Positions 1 through 11,221 of a DNA stretch of 32,564 bases are shown piece after piece. Numbering within the stretch: position 1 is the stretch's first letter; each line of letters begins with the position of its first letter. The stretch is from Asterionella formosa (taxonomy: Eukaryota). Made by a program: the position numbers and the translations under genes. The notes beneath the pieces were generated by a model. The model had not been told where the DNA came from. It did not search any database and worked only from the letters and a program-made list of their open reading frames with translations. The stretch lies in the NCBI GenBank assembly GCA_002256025.1, contig NKIB01000435.1:1-32564 (forward strand), read 5' to 3'.

Positions 1-176
1 CCCCCCCCCTCCTTCAAAAATGTTCAGATAAAATTATCACAATGGGGCCTGCGTGAACAGGATGCTAACGCAATTTAAGAACATAGTTCATAGTTGTGTA
101 TGTTCAAGCATATTCTGGGACATACTTCATTTCTTGCATTAGGAAGGTCGTTCAGAAAATCTATTTTATTCGCCTG

Positions 177-272
177 CAGCAAGTTCTAGTTGTTGTTAGC
201 AAATCCTAGCATTCGTAGTCAGCAAATTCTATTTGTTGACAGGAAATTCTAGGTGTTGTCAGCCAGTTCTAA
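177..272. repeat. Degenerate ~20-bp minisatellite, about 5 units (consensus CAGCAAATTCTAGTTGTTGT)
   Basis: Units start at 177 (cagcaagttctagttgttgt), 197 (tagcaaatcctagcattcgtagt), 220 (cagcaaattctatttgttga), 240 (caggaaattctaggtgttgt) and 260 (cagccagttcta). Confidence 0.7.
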
Positions 273-2271
273 ACATAGAATGATTCTTATTTGTATTCTG
301 AAGCAAGAAGACAGTTTCCTGAACTGGTTGATCAGTCAGCAAATCCGAGCCGTGTTTAGAATTTGATTCAGCAAGTCGTCATCGGTCAATAAGAGTAGGC
401 TAATGTTTTCCTTAATTACTTAAGCAATATTGTTTTCATCGAAAGCTGGCCTATCTTGTCCGGCAGGCATGGGACAAATCATTGGGATTGAATTGTAACT
501 GAATAATGTGCACTACCAGACCCTCCTGAGGATGGGAGTGCCTACATTAATTTATTATTTTACCGCTACATACATACATGAGCATGTTCTGGCTCTGCCA
601 ACATCAGCGCAACATAAATTGATGCATGTAACCAAGCAGGTCTGACATTTGCAATCTATCCTCCTCATGCACAACCACCACACCATGATATCACAGCCAG
701 CAAAATGTACAGTCAGCAAGAAACCAGCCACGATGGGAACCACCTTGCTTGTAGTCGGTTTTCTGGTTTTGAAATTTTACGAAGGAGCAGGCAATCGGTG
801 GAATGATTGCTGTATGCAGCCACTACAATTGGAGCACTTGTCGTTAAGGATAGGATTCGGATGCCAGGGCAATAGCATCACAACTGAACATACTACCAGT
901 ATTGGCAACTACCGATAAATATGGCTGAATAAAAAGTTTCTTGTTTTTTCTTCCTCTAAACATGGCGCTCGTCACATTTTCCAAACTCGAACATTGCCCT
1001 TGTATGTCACCTACTTGAAATGTGAAGTAAAAAATGATACTTAGATGAAAATATTCTTTTAGCTTGTTCATCTTTTCTTAAATATTCATAGTAAACTACG
1101 TTTTGACTTAATTACCCTTAGCAAGCAAGCGATTTTTGACACCACTCCTATGAGATGAAACGACTGTTGACCATGATGGTTTCATTGGATAAATGGCAAA
1201 GAGCTATTCCTTCATTGGAAACGGCTATTCCCTTAGTCTAATCGAAGCTTTTATTATGATAGACATGTATTTTTATGTATGTAGCTAGAGCAATGACCGA
1301 TTGAGAGCATGAATAAACTCAACATAGCGATGTGTTTGGTCTTCTATTGCAAGCATTGAGAGCAATCACTGTTATCCAAGCCATTTATATTCACATCTCA
1401 ATGGAAAACTTACCTTAGACGCAGTGTACAAACAATCGGTGCCATTTTCAGCATCCGCCATTGTCTCTGGTTCACTCCTTTGTTTGAATTTCGCCATGCC
1501 TTTTATGATGATTATCTTTGCCTGTTTACAATAAAGAAATATATTATATAGGAATTTACTTCTCACCAAATTTCAAATCCTGACATGCAAAATGTTTTCT
1601 GGATTACAACTTTGTCAAAAGTGTGGAATTTGTGGTAAGCACTTTCGGGGATTACTCTTGCAGTTACAGGGAGGGGGGGCAAGAAATGCTTACCAAGACT
1701 TCTATATTTTGCATAGAGTTACATTTTTTACTAAAACCCTGAATTCTTAATGGAGTCAAAATCAGGAGGAAAACAGAGGAATAGCATACAATTTTTTAGT
1801 TTAAAGGGTAAATCATGTTGTAAGTGCCCTGGCATCTTGTTCGAATTTGCATGTGTGAAGTGCTCCATGGATCATGCTAATGGGGAAAATCATCCCTCAA
1901 TGTCCAACTGTACAATTTTCACTTTCTGAAAAATGACCTTTAGCAGCAACAAATTCTCTATTAAATGTTTAACTGAATATTCAAACATATTTCGACAGTA
2001 TGATATACCTAGATTTTCATGAAAAATACAATGTACCATACCTCAGAGTGAGCTTTGTTGCTGAGCTCAAATCAAGTGACCAAGCAATAAACCCAAAAGT
2101 GTTATATATCAGCATCCCGTTATATGATATTGCAATCATAGACATCAAAGAGCATGCGTGTTTGTTGGCAATTTACTCCTCTTTTCTATGACTTCCCATT
2201 CCACTTGTTTTATACTGAAATTGAGAATGTTCCCCCATTCAATTTCAGTTGTACACAAAACCAGTCGCCAT

Positions 2272-3242
2272 CTAATAGTCTTGACTAGTTGGCAAACGAG
2301 CAACATTAGGATAATCTGTGTCAAACGGAGGAGGCGTTCCTTCCGACAAGAGAACAGATTCCAAGAGCCCGTGCTCCTGACAGTAATTGAATAGATCAGG
2401 CGGCAACATTTCCTGAAGTTGGTGCATTCCAGTCTTATTCCTGAAATATATACCAGTGAGCTTTCTGGAAAAAGGCATGAACAATGAAGGTCAAAATGTA
2501 CTTACATTCCAAGACGCTTGAGAATAGTATTATCGTCATTGATCTCAAAAGGCATACTGAAATCAAACATGACATTAGTTCGATCTGGACTCATTTCGCA
2601 CTGAATCACGGCACTGGCGTGGGTGTTGACCACAATAAAAGGTAAGGGAATTCTCTCATCATCCGGAGTATCTCGCATTCGCTGATTGTGCGCCACTAGG
2701 TTCCGAAAGCAAACTTGCTGAACTAACAGCTCCCGGAGCGCCTCTCGCTTCCGTTCGACTTCTTTGCGTCTGAAAAGTCCCTCCCGCTGCAACATGTCCA
2801 AATCATGATGAGCATTCGAGGGAAGTCCCTTCCAACGAATCTCTTTCTTTTCCTTAGAGATGATGTCCATTGCCATGAGGACATTGAGCGCATCGTACAC
2901 ACGACGACGAATGTTCTTCTCATCATACACGCCACGTGGTTCATCCGCAGTTCGCTCCGCCATGACTTCCGTGACAAGCTCATCGGCTACTTCATTATAA
3001 GTAGTCTGTCCTTTCTCCTCCACCTTGCGACACACCTTCATGGAAAAGTGACGAAGGCCCTTTGATGCCTTTTCTCCTCCTTTGGGGGTCTCGTCGCCTC
3101 CAGGGGCCTTTTTGACCCCGCGTCGTCCTCGCGGAGTTGTTGCTGTGGTCTTTCTTGATTTTTTCCTGGCACTACTTCCTCCCTCGTCAAGTTCACCTGA
3201 TGGTGTGGGGTTGGCTGGACGCCTGCGAGGAGTATCAGCCAT
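2272..3242 (-). CDS. DP: DP-family transcription factor (E2F dimerization partner), 2 exons, ~301 aa
   Basis: The E2F/DP winged helix is present (KGLRHFSMKVCRKVEEKGQTTYNEVADELV, DEF box NIRRRVYDALNVLMAMDIISKEKKEIRWKGLP), followed by the DP domain (IPLPFIVVNT...FDFSMPFEINDDNTILKRLGM). ATG is at 3242 (MADTP); the ORF-track start at 3263 is TTG. Exon 1 is 3242-2506, the intron is 2505-2441 (GTAAGT...ctcac...TTTCAG, 65 nt) and exon 2 is 2440-2272, in frame. Confidence 0.92.
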
Positions 3243-3835
3243 TCTTTCGCTAGACGGTATCAACGACTATGCGACGACGAATCGTTCACGTGAACAGACT
3301 TCCGTGGTCTATGTTGACAGTCTATACACGGTAATTTGAGATCACTTCGTAAACAAGAGTCGGAATGGAAGTGAAGACACCTTTGGAGGGAATCCTAGAA
3401 TGAACCCGGAAAGTTTAGTATCGACACTCTACGTCGCTGAAGGTTATGCTGTGAAACAAAATTTTGTCACACGACAAAGCAACGAGTCACTAACGCGTTA
3501 ATACCCGCTATTATCTCAGACAGAGGAGCGCGAGACCAACCGATTGCGGTACGTACCTGTACCCGTAATATAATTTCAACTGGTCATAATCTCTACCGGG
3601 TACCAGGGTACCTTCAACGTGTTCGTCTTGATGATTAACAGTTTGAGCATTTTCCCAAATACCGGTACTGGACGATTGTCCGGTGGAGAGGTACCTGGTA
3701 CCATACCAGGGTACACAGAATCCTGTTACTTTGTCCGGTAGAACTGATCTGATGGTTGGCTTGCGGCACATTGGTATAATCGTCCCAAGAAATTAATCTT
3801 CTGACCTCTGCCCCAGGATAGCAATAACCCTTCAT

Positions 3836-5191
3836 ATGACTTCGTCCTCTGTTGGAACTGACGAATTGACCTTGCTAGGATCATTCATTGGGAAAACTGG
3901 ACCACGATCTAAGCGACAAGGAAAGTCACGCGAGCGCCAAATTTTTGAGAAAACGCTGAAGTCGCTTGAAGTCATTGAAACCAACGATGAAATCATACGA
4001 ACAATATTAGAAGACATTGAAGACCAATCCTTTTTCGGGGATTTAATAAATAACACTCCGCATTATCCATCCCAGTATAAGACGACTTTGAGGTGCTACT
4101 GGAGAGACACCAAACGATTTGCCGTTCAGTGTACCGAATATGTCCTACAAAATGCTAAGGCATGGTACGAATCTCCGAAACAACAAGCTCGAAAATATGC
4201 ACGTAATATTCGGCGATACCAGGGACGCTGGATATGGGCCTCCTTGTTGGCACTGTACGCATTGACCAAGTTTACTTCGCACACTTCGCCTAGCGATCAC
4301 TATGTAGCCGCTGAAAAACGTGTCCAAGTCACAGCAAGTGATTCTCTAGCCATGCGAACGTATCACGATGATCCTTTGGAGACAATGAAGACAATTCAAC
4401 AATATGCATCAGCGAATCTACAACAACTACCAAACTCTCGAACTACTGACTCAAAAAATGTTCAGCCCTTCGTGGATTCACAAAACTCCTTCGACTCCGA
4501 AACGAATGCCAGATTGCCGGAAAGTCAGCAGCAAAATGACCCAGCATTCACCATCAACACTGCAAAGTTAGCAGTGAAGACATCCTCTTCCAAGATCCAT
4601 GCTCCCATTGTTCAGCAAAATGCCCCTCAACGTGTTGAAAGTGAAAATCCGACAATGCTTAAATCGATTCTTGGAGATTATAAAATAGACGAGACAACAC
4701 AACAAGAGGAGCAACCAAGTGTTGAGCGTCCATCAACTATTGATACCTTTCAAGAAGGGAAGCAAAGTGAAGAAAACCCAACACTCCAAATGATTCCAAC
4801 AAATTCCTACAAGCAGGAATTATTGCCGAGAAACACGATTCAAGAATATCTGACCAGAGAAACCAATTCTGACAATTCAGTATCCTACAAGAATCAGGTG
4901 CCAACAGAGTCAGCTAACGAAAAATACAGTACTAGCTTAACAGAAACAGATGCCAAAAAATTCAATCGTACTGACACAAACAGACTGGAAGTGTTTGAAG
5001 TGGATCTTGGAATCGTTGAAACCAGGAACAGAACAGAATTGGGAAACTCCACAAAAACTCAACAAATGCATGAAGTTTGGCGACCACGGCATCAAGGAGA
5101 GTCCAAGATACCACCAGCTATACCAGAGGATCAACTCCATCCCCGTTATCGACCACTGTCTGCAGATGAATTCTCAAAAGGTGGCTTGTAG
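3836..5191 (+). CDS. Hypothetical protein, 451 aa, probable single-pass membrane protein with a long disordered Q/N/T/E-rich C-terminus
   Basis: Long ATG-initiated ORF. A hydrophobic segment (WIWASLLALYALTKF) is preceded by basic residues. No recognisable domain. Confidence 0.65.
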   Translation: MTSSSVGTDELTLLGSFIGKTGPRSKRQGKSRERQIFEKTLKSLEVIETNDEIIRTILEDIEDQSFFGDLINNTPHYPSQYKTTLRCYWRDTKRFAVQCTEYVLQNAKAWYESPKQQARKYARNIRRYQGRWIWASLLALYALTKFTSHTSPSDHYVAAEKRVQVTASDSLAMRTYHDDPLETMKTIQQYASANLQQLPNSRTTDSKNVQPFVDSQNSFDSETNARLPESQQQNDPAFTINTAKLAVKTSSSKIHAPIVQQNAPQRVESENPTMLKSILGDYKIDETTQQEEQPSVERPSTIDTFQEGKQSEENPTLQMIPTNSYKQELLPRNTIQEYLTRETNSDNSVSYKNQVPTESANEKYSTSLTETDAKKFNRTDTNRLEVFEVDLGIVETRNRTELGNSTKTQQMHEVWRPRHQGESKIPPAIPEDQLHPRYRPLSADEFSKGGL

Positions 5192-6741
5192 AATGGATCT
5201 AAAATTTATGTTTGTATCAAATTCCAATCAATGCAAAGTGATGATGTAGATATTCCATCTTCAATCAAAGGAGAGTCGAATACCAAACATTTCCTTAGGA
5301 TTTGAGATGTCTAATGACTGTTGTTAATTATTATGTATTATATTGATCATCAATGTAAAAAAGTGGAGTGCTCCAGTGTCCCACATACGTGTGGAAATGT
5401 AATTGACTTCACATCGACATACTATCTATGCACATATGTATGATCATAATCCCTTGAAATATATTGTTCTGCTCATTAATAAAATTGATAGATATGATAA
5501 GTCCAAATCCAAAGGAAGCTTATTTTTCAAAATTATTTAAGCTCTCTCCAAATGAGTTCGAAGTGAAACTGCTTAACTAAACCATGTTTTGAGAGGGCTT
5601 GAAGTAACCAAGGCAAACAATGGCAGAAAGATCCATTATGGTGCTATAGTATGCAAAGAAAAAGATGCTGGGATGAAGCAGATGCTGCCTCCCATGGCTA
5701 ACAGTTGATAATGTTAAATAGCTCATAAAGAAGACAGAACAAATGATACTAGAATTTAGTTTTCTGTTCCTGCCGCAGAACTACTAATTCTGGAATGGAT
5801 TCATTTTCATTCTTCATTTCCAACTATTAGGTCAACCATCACAGCAGTATATTTTTACCTCAGCAGCATTCCAAATTCATCCGTCGTCCCCCGCCCCACC
5901 TGGCATGATATGCATTGCATCACCACCCTCATGATAATTCGAAGTCAATGAAGGAGGAGGAAGAAGAATTTGAGACATTTATTGATTTTCACATCACAGG
6001 CAACAAAAATACAATTGAACCTACCTGAGAGAGTTTTGGGGACAGGATACAAACAAGGAAAGAATGGGGTATTTTCCAGCCAGTATCTTCTACCAATCTA
6101 CTTTCCACCATCAGTCGTCAACCAAATGGAGTTGCTGCAGCTGCTGTACAAGATGTTTAGATGGAAACTAACATTGTGTCCAGGGCAGCAGTTGAATTGC
6201 ATGTTTCTTGTAAAAATTGTTTCAACTTTCCAATTGGTGTAGATACAAAGGAATGCTATCCGAAATTATAAGCAAAAGCAAGGAAAATATTTGGTTCTTC
6301 CCAAATGACATCATTATCAAACCCATGTCAATAGCAACAACAGGACTCCTATGCATGGACAGTAAAACCTGATTTTCAATATATAATCATACCAGGCAGT
6401 TGGAGATGATACCCCAACTACCCAAGAATCATGTGTCAATCTTGGTTGTAGAGGTCTCCAGCATTTCAATTCTCCAATCATTGGTACCTCCTCACAAGTT
6501 GCTGCTGTAACAGATTGGCGAGTTAAAATTACTCTTGTTTTCAGATCAAACCAAACTATTTAACTTGGAACCACAAATTGGAAGGGCTTCATCAAGAGAA
6601 TGGGCATTGAGTAGCAGCAATGAAATGAATCAGACTGGTGTACTTACACAGCGATTGAGACAGTTTATGAGTGCATAAGTATAAATTTATACACAGTTGA
6701 ACACTTTCAAAGTTCAAAGACACTTATTATATCGCACATAA

Positions 6742-7653
6742 GGCCGTTGCTAACGGTGGACCAAAACGCAAACCAAACAGTGTTTTGGTTTCGCTAACCC
6801 TAAAAACGATGCTATCGGGAGTGAAAAACCCAACGCAAACGCATTTCATTTAGGGGATTCCGTGCCCATATCCCAATAAGTTACCCAAACGCATTACGTA
6901 GGATTCCATATTGACTACTTTGAAGGTAGTCACTAGAAACCCAATAAATATCGTTGCAGAATCACTACATATAGGACGCATCATATGCCGGTACCGGTAT
7001 ATCATATCAATATACAACAATAGCTATACGGTACTGGTACCAGGTACCATACCACACTGGCGAGAACAACAACAACAACAAATCGACTTCGATTTATTAT
7101 GCGGAACACATAAATCAATCTTCTGTCACCACGACTTCATCTTCGTCGTCCTCTTCAACTGAGGCTGCTGTTGGCGGTATAGCTCCGGCAACTGGGACTG
7201 GTGCATCGCCACGTCCCATTGTATCAATATATCTGGTAAGTAAGTAGTAGATGTTTTGTTGCAGGTAATGGCGCATTGCCAATTCGTTTGTACCAAGACA
7301 CCATTGTTTTTGTTTGCGGCATTCAATTCTGTCTGGGTTGCTGAAACTGCTATCAGTTTGTATTTCATCATGAAGAAGTGTGGTCGGAGTATATATATTT
7401 ATGGCACTACCGGTAAATTGCGGGGAAAACTAACTAATTCCCAAATAGGAATCATAATATTTCATTTATAAAAGTAGTCTAATAGAAATATTTTACTTTT
7501 TTTATAATGGTTTTGTCATCCTACGTCACAGTAGATGGGTGGTTGACAATATTTAGGATTTCCCAAAAACCGATAGCATCGTTTTACCAAAACCAAAACC
7601 AATCCAAAAATAAGTTTTTGGGTTTTGGTTTGGGTCAACGGTTAGCAACGGCC
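6742..7653. mobile_element. Non-autonomous PIF/Harbinger-type (Tourist-like) DNA transposon, 912 bp
   Basis: The left end GGCCGTTGCTAACGGTGGACCAAAAC matches the reverse complement of the right end, GGCCGTTGCTAACCGTTGACCCAAAC (first 13 bp identical, 23/26 overall). It is flanked by TAA at 6739-6741 and 7654-7656. The subterminal motif AAAACGATGCTATCGG is present in inverted orientation at both ends. A TAA TSD and GG-starting TIRs are characteristic of PIF/Harbinger. Confidence 0.88.
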
Positions 7654-7745
7654 TAATGAATATGCTATCATCAATTAAGCTTATACATAATTGAAATATA
7701 TAAAATGCATGAGGAAATCATTATTTTCCATGACCTGATGTCCTG

Positions 7746-7943
7746 TTGGTTTTGGTTTTGGTCAGACTGACGCAAAAACGATGCTATCGGTTTTTGGGAA
7801 ATCCTAAATGTTGTCAACCACGCATCTACTGTGACGTAGGATGACAAAACCATTATAAAAGTAAAAAATTTTTCTATTAGACTACTTTTATAAATGAAAT
7901 ATTTTCATTCCTATGTGGGAATTAGTTAGTTTTCCCGCAATTT
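7746..7943 (-). repeat. Inverted, truncated copy of the right subterminal region (about 7415-7602) of the adjacent Harbinger-type element
   Basis: 7746-7943 is the reverse complement of about 7415-7602 with scattered mismatches and indels. For example, aatggttttgtcatcctacgtcacagtagatg pairs with catctactgtgacgtaggatgacaaaaccatt. Confidence 0.88.
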
Positions 7944-9108
7944 GAGCGAGGCTGCTGTCTCGTCATCCAACTACATACTGACTGGTATCTATACCGGTAT
8001 ATACTAAGATATAGTGTCGGTTTGACGACATGTTGATTGTGGTGAAAAATATCACATACAGTACTAAGGGGTCAGGGATTTCGCTATAAACAAGCCTACG
8101 GGGACTGAACTCATGGACCCCAGAAATTGCACCCAGCCATCTCATATGACATTCGAGTCGCTATCGGAGTTCTGGTTCGTTTCACGTTAGTCTTCTCATC
8201 TGAAATGCCTATGTCCCCCTTGTTAACATTACAGGACTTGTGCTTCCTAGCGAATCCCCTGTGAAGACTGGTCCAGATCGTTCTCACACTCGGATTATTT
8301 CTTATTTTTTGGATGTATACAGAAGTATCATTTCTTATTTCAGGCACTCCTCCGTCCTCCGACTACATCTACCAGTCGACGCAAACCATAAATTGCTAAG
8401 ATTGTCACTAATAAGGAGAAATTCTTATCAATATTAATAACCAAAGAAGCGACATGATGGAATGGACATAAAAATACGATTAAATGGTCAATTACTCGAT
8501 CACGAAGTACGTCACGACATGTACGTCACGATATGTACCTATGCAAGTAAAGAATACCATCGAAAACAACGCTACCTGATACCAGGTACCAAGAATGTTG
8601 GAAAAGTCCAGTCATTTTCTGACGACATAAACTGGTTTCTTCGAAGTTATAACTCGAATCTAAATTGCAAATGTCATCGCAATATCTCATGTCGTAGGCT
8701 CATACCAATAACTGACCGGGGCTACCTGGGACCTACACTAATCATTGCTTTATCGTAGATTTCCCATTATCTATGTAGCTACTGGTAAACAAGAAGGCCG
8801 ATTGATATATCATGCAGGTAATACGATAGCGGTATATTAAATAAAAGGAACTCAGGCACACCACTCGAGGACATTCTAATATTATGTCCCGATACAACTG
8901 TACATCATCATTACATGTAATATGTTGCAGGTCTTGATATATTCCAACACGTGTTGATCAATATTTAAACGCCACACCAATCTCTGTAGTTCATAAATAG
9001 GAATATATTCGTTCTTCCTCTGTTGTGGACATATTAACATAAATCAGAGGCATGATATTTCATCGTCCTCAATAACTTCCAGCACCATCCATCTCAGTTC
9101 CAACCACC

Positions 9109-10623
9109 ATGTCGCGGTCATCAGAATGGGGTAACGAATACCCAACAATCGACAGTTCATCCTTTCAAAAGTTCAAAGAAAAATTGAGAACCGCCAAAGT
9201 AATGTCGAACAATGGAGTAAAACAGATGATGGCCCAAGAATTCCTAAAGCAGGAACGACACCGTTGTCAGATAGAACTAGGGCATGATGCCGACCATTTA
9301 CAATGCGAAATGTCAGAGGATGATAATAAGGGAATCCGGGGTGCCGTTCGCCACTCGCATCGGTATAGCTCTAGTTCGTCCACTTCCCAGCACCGCCATG
9401 GATCTGGCGCACAAGTAGGCCGCGTTCCGCAGAGAAGTTCATTCACATATGGTGCAAATTTTGGAGACGTTAACACACGTAGACGATCGCTCCAACTTGG
9501 TCTTTTCGATCATGGAGAACCCATCGCTCGACAAAATGACCTACAACGGCGGCCAGGCCTTCAAGGCGAGGATTTGAGAATGAGATTGTCTGAAAGTTTT
9601 CAGTTAGAAAATTCGGCAGACCTCACGCCTCATATAAGTCAAGGAAATGCTTCACAACTCGGCTTGTCGAATGGGCCATTGACAGGAATGTGTTCGCTTG
9701 GTTCCTCCACTCATACTATGAAAGGACGTGCTTCACGAGGCAGTCAGTCTAGTGGGTCACAGGAGACTAATCAAAAGGGATCTTTTACTTTCCCTTATAT
9801 TTCCGCATTGTTTGATTCCGAGGATGACAAGGGGCATCCTCTAGGAGGCAGCTTTGATTTTATGGGGTTGGTTGGTTCTTCCACTCCTACTATGCAAAGA
9901 CGTGCTTCAATGCGAGGTTCTACTAGTGGATCATTGACTAACGAGATCTATTCTTTAAGAGACCTTGATATTTCCGCCATGTTTGATTCTGAAGATAAAG
10001 AACAGGCGCAGCGTCAGGCAATTGTAAAACAACCTTGCACATCAAATGGTGCTCAGTCCAACTCAATTTCTGACTTTTTCCAAAATGATGCCAAGGAAGG
10101 GAGAGCAAAAGCTAATTTGGAAGACTCGCGTAGATCCCTTCCTAAGAAGCTGTTTACGGCATTTCAATCTTTGGGTGGGAGTGTTCCTACAGCAATAACG
10201 GCGGACGACTATGAATACTTATTTGCGAACATGAACTTGGTTAAACGCGACGAGAAGGTCTCCCACGAAAATGTTCAAGGACAACGACATGAACAAGGGC
10301 ATTTCATTTCAAAATCCGCCTCTGCACGTGACACCAATCGCAATAAAGTTGAGACACTCGATTTTAATAATGTTCGATCTGGAGGAATGCTACTAGTTGA
10401 ATTTCCTTCCGGTGATTCTGTGCATAGCGATGATGACAATTCTGAAACAGGCCTGAATGTCTCCGAAAGTGGATGCTGCAAAAATGATCGCCTTTTTCCA
10501 AACCATGACGTAGTGGAATTCGAGAAACCTTCGAACTGGGTATATGCCGAGGATGATAGCAGTAATGATTCGGACGACATTGAGCAACATGAAAATGAAG
10601 CTGCTATTGAGCTTGGACTGTAA
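9109..10623 (+). CDS. Hypothetical serine-rich, largely disordered protein, 504 aa, with an internal ~57-58 aa duplication
   Basis: Long uninterrupted ORF with a good start context (ccaccATG), several RRxS/RxxS motifs and an acidic C-terminus. No recognisable domain. Confidence 0.72.
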   Translation: MSRSSEWGNEYPTIDSSSFQKFKEKLRTAKVMSNNGVKQMMAQEFLKQERHRCQIELGHDADHLQCEMSEDDNKGIRGAVRHSHRYSSSSSTSQHRHGSGAQVGRVPQRSSFTYGANFGDVNTRRRSLQLGLFDHGEPIARQNDLQRRPGLQGEDLRMRLSESFQLENSADLTPHISQGNASQLGLSNGPLTGMCSLGSSTHTMKGRASRGSQSSGSQETNQKGSFTFPYISALFDSEDDKGHPLGGSFDFMGLVGSSTPTMQRRASMRGSTSGSLTNEIYSLRDLDISAMFDSEDKEQAQRQAIVKQPCTSNGAQSNSISDFFQNDAKEGRAKANLEDSRRSLPKKLFTAFQSLGGSVPTAITADDYEYLFANMNLVKRDEKVSHENVQGQRHEQGHFISKSASARDTNRNKVETLDFNNVRSGGMLLVEFPSGDSVHSDDDNSETGLNVSESGCCKNDRLFPNHDVVEFEKPSNWVYAEDDSSNDSDDIEQHENEAAIELGL

Positions 10624-11221
10624 TAAAATAGAAAGTTATATTATAAATGCGAAGTATCAAGGACTGAAGCGTAGGGAGATGATTCTGATAATAGTGATTG
10701 TAACATGATTTTGGATCCAAGTGTGGAATCGTTTAAGGTGCAAAACGAAATGAATGCTTATTTGGAGGATCAGTCTACCTTTGCTCATACACTTCATGTC
10801 TTGTTTGGCGCCTTTGAATTCCATATTAATTACATGAGGCTCCCTGGTAGCAAAGTCGGAATATTCATAGCTATCACCAGCTCGAAAACAAAGTACTTGA
10901 CTTTCTTATTCAATCATGGAATTCAATATTTTATATTAGAGACCATCCGTTTGTACCAGGAATTAGACTAGGTTGTGATCATCAGTGCCATGGGTTGCAA
11001 ATCACCAATGTACTGAAGCCACTTTTCTCCTAGTCAGGTTGGGGTGACGCTTGCAATGAAAACTAGACTCTTTTGTTCCGATGAAATATGCTGTAAGGTC
11101 GGTAGAACAAAGTACAAGCACTTCCTAGACGTCGAATGGGAGACACACTCCAAAGCAAGACCCAAAGTAATCTCAGGTAGTCATCACTATTCAATTATAT
11201 CCTTCAAATGTTTTCTGCCAA

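Noticed and set aside
177..272. CRISPR-like array
   Set aside because: The units are contiguous and degenerate without unique spacers, the context is eukaryotic, and there are no cas genes.
555..2191. Short ORFs (60-90 aa) in the first 2.2 kb
   Set aside because: They show no domains or coherent exon structure and are consistent with chance ORFs in AT-rich DNA.
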